Source of the DNA: Eledone cirrhosa
Taxonomy: Eukaryota
NCBI GenBank assembly: GCA_964016885.1
Contig: OZ024740.1
Span: 114,266,001-114,330,000 of the forward strand
Length of the DNA: 64,000 nt
Direction of reading: 5' to 3'
The number at the start of each line of letters is the position of its first letter. Within the stretch, counting starts at the first letter, position 1. Positions 63,927 through 64,000 of the stretch are shown here, one piece after another. The notes below the pieces were generated by a model. It made no database searches. It saw nothing but the letters and a program-made list of their open reading frames with translations, and had not been told where the DNA came from. A program made the position numbers and the translations under genes.

Positions 63927-64000
63927 CAGTCACACATATAATGATACTAATACACCTTCCACTCTGCATTCCTACTCCTTACCAAAAGTGCCTAACTAGT

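Overview
AT-rich, microsatellite-dense eukaryotic DNA with no recognisable host protein-coding gene. The tRNA-derived SINE families and (TA)/(CA)/(GAA) tracts suggest a cephalopod such as Octopus (inference). Most ORFs in the supplied track are translations of microsatellites. The real coding content is retroelement- and transposon-derived: one apparently intact Penelope-like element (PLE; 800-aa RT + C-terminal GIY-YIG, probably Hydra clade, 1.4-kb pseudo-LTRs, 58127-63270), a disrupted PLE with a CCHH endonuclease and inverted 5' copy (25167-28821), two more Hydra-type fragments, an RTE-type LINE with a twin-priming-like inversion and a decayed hAT transposase. The main signal is a population of about 20 intact, variant or decayed type I hammerhead ribozyme (HHR) motifs, read by eye. 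They lie in PLE ends and in small non-coding, (TA)n-anchored units: a 3-copy ~660-bp tandem array, a ~535-bp family with covarying stem II, and a family of palindromes built on the 3' half of an HHR. These units recur as head-to-head fusions. One is fused directly to the 5' pseudo-LTR of the intact PLE, which suggests a PLE-mobilised system of retrozyme-like RNAs assembled by template switching or snap-back synthesis. All folds and alignments were done manually; no searches were run.
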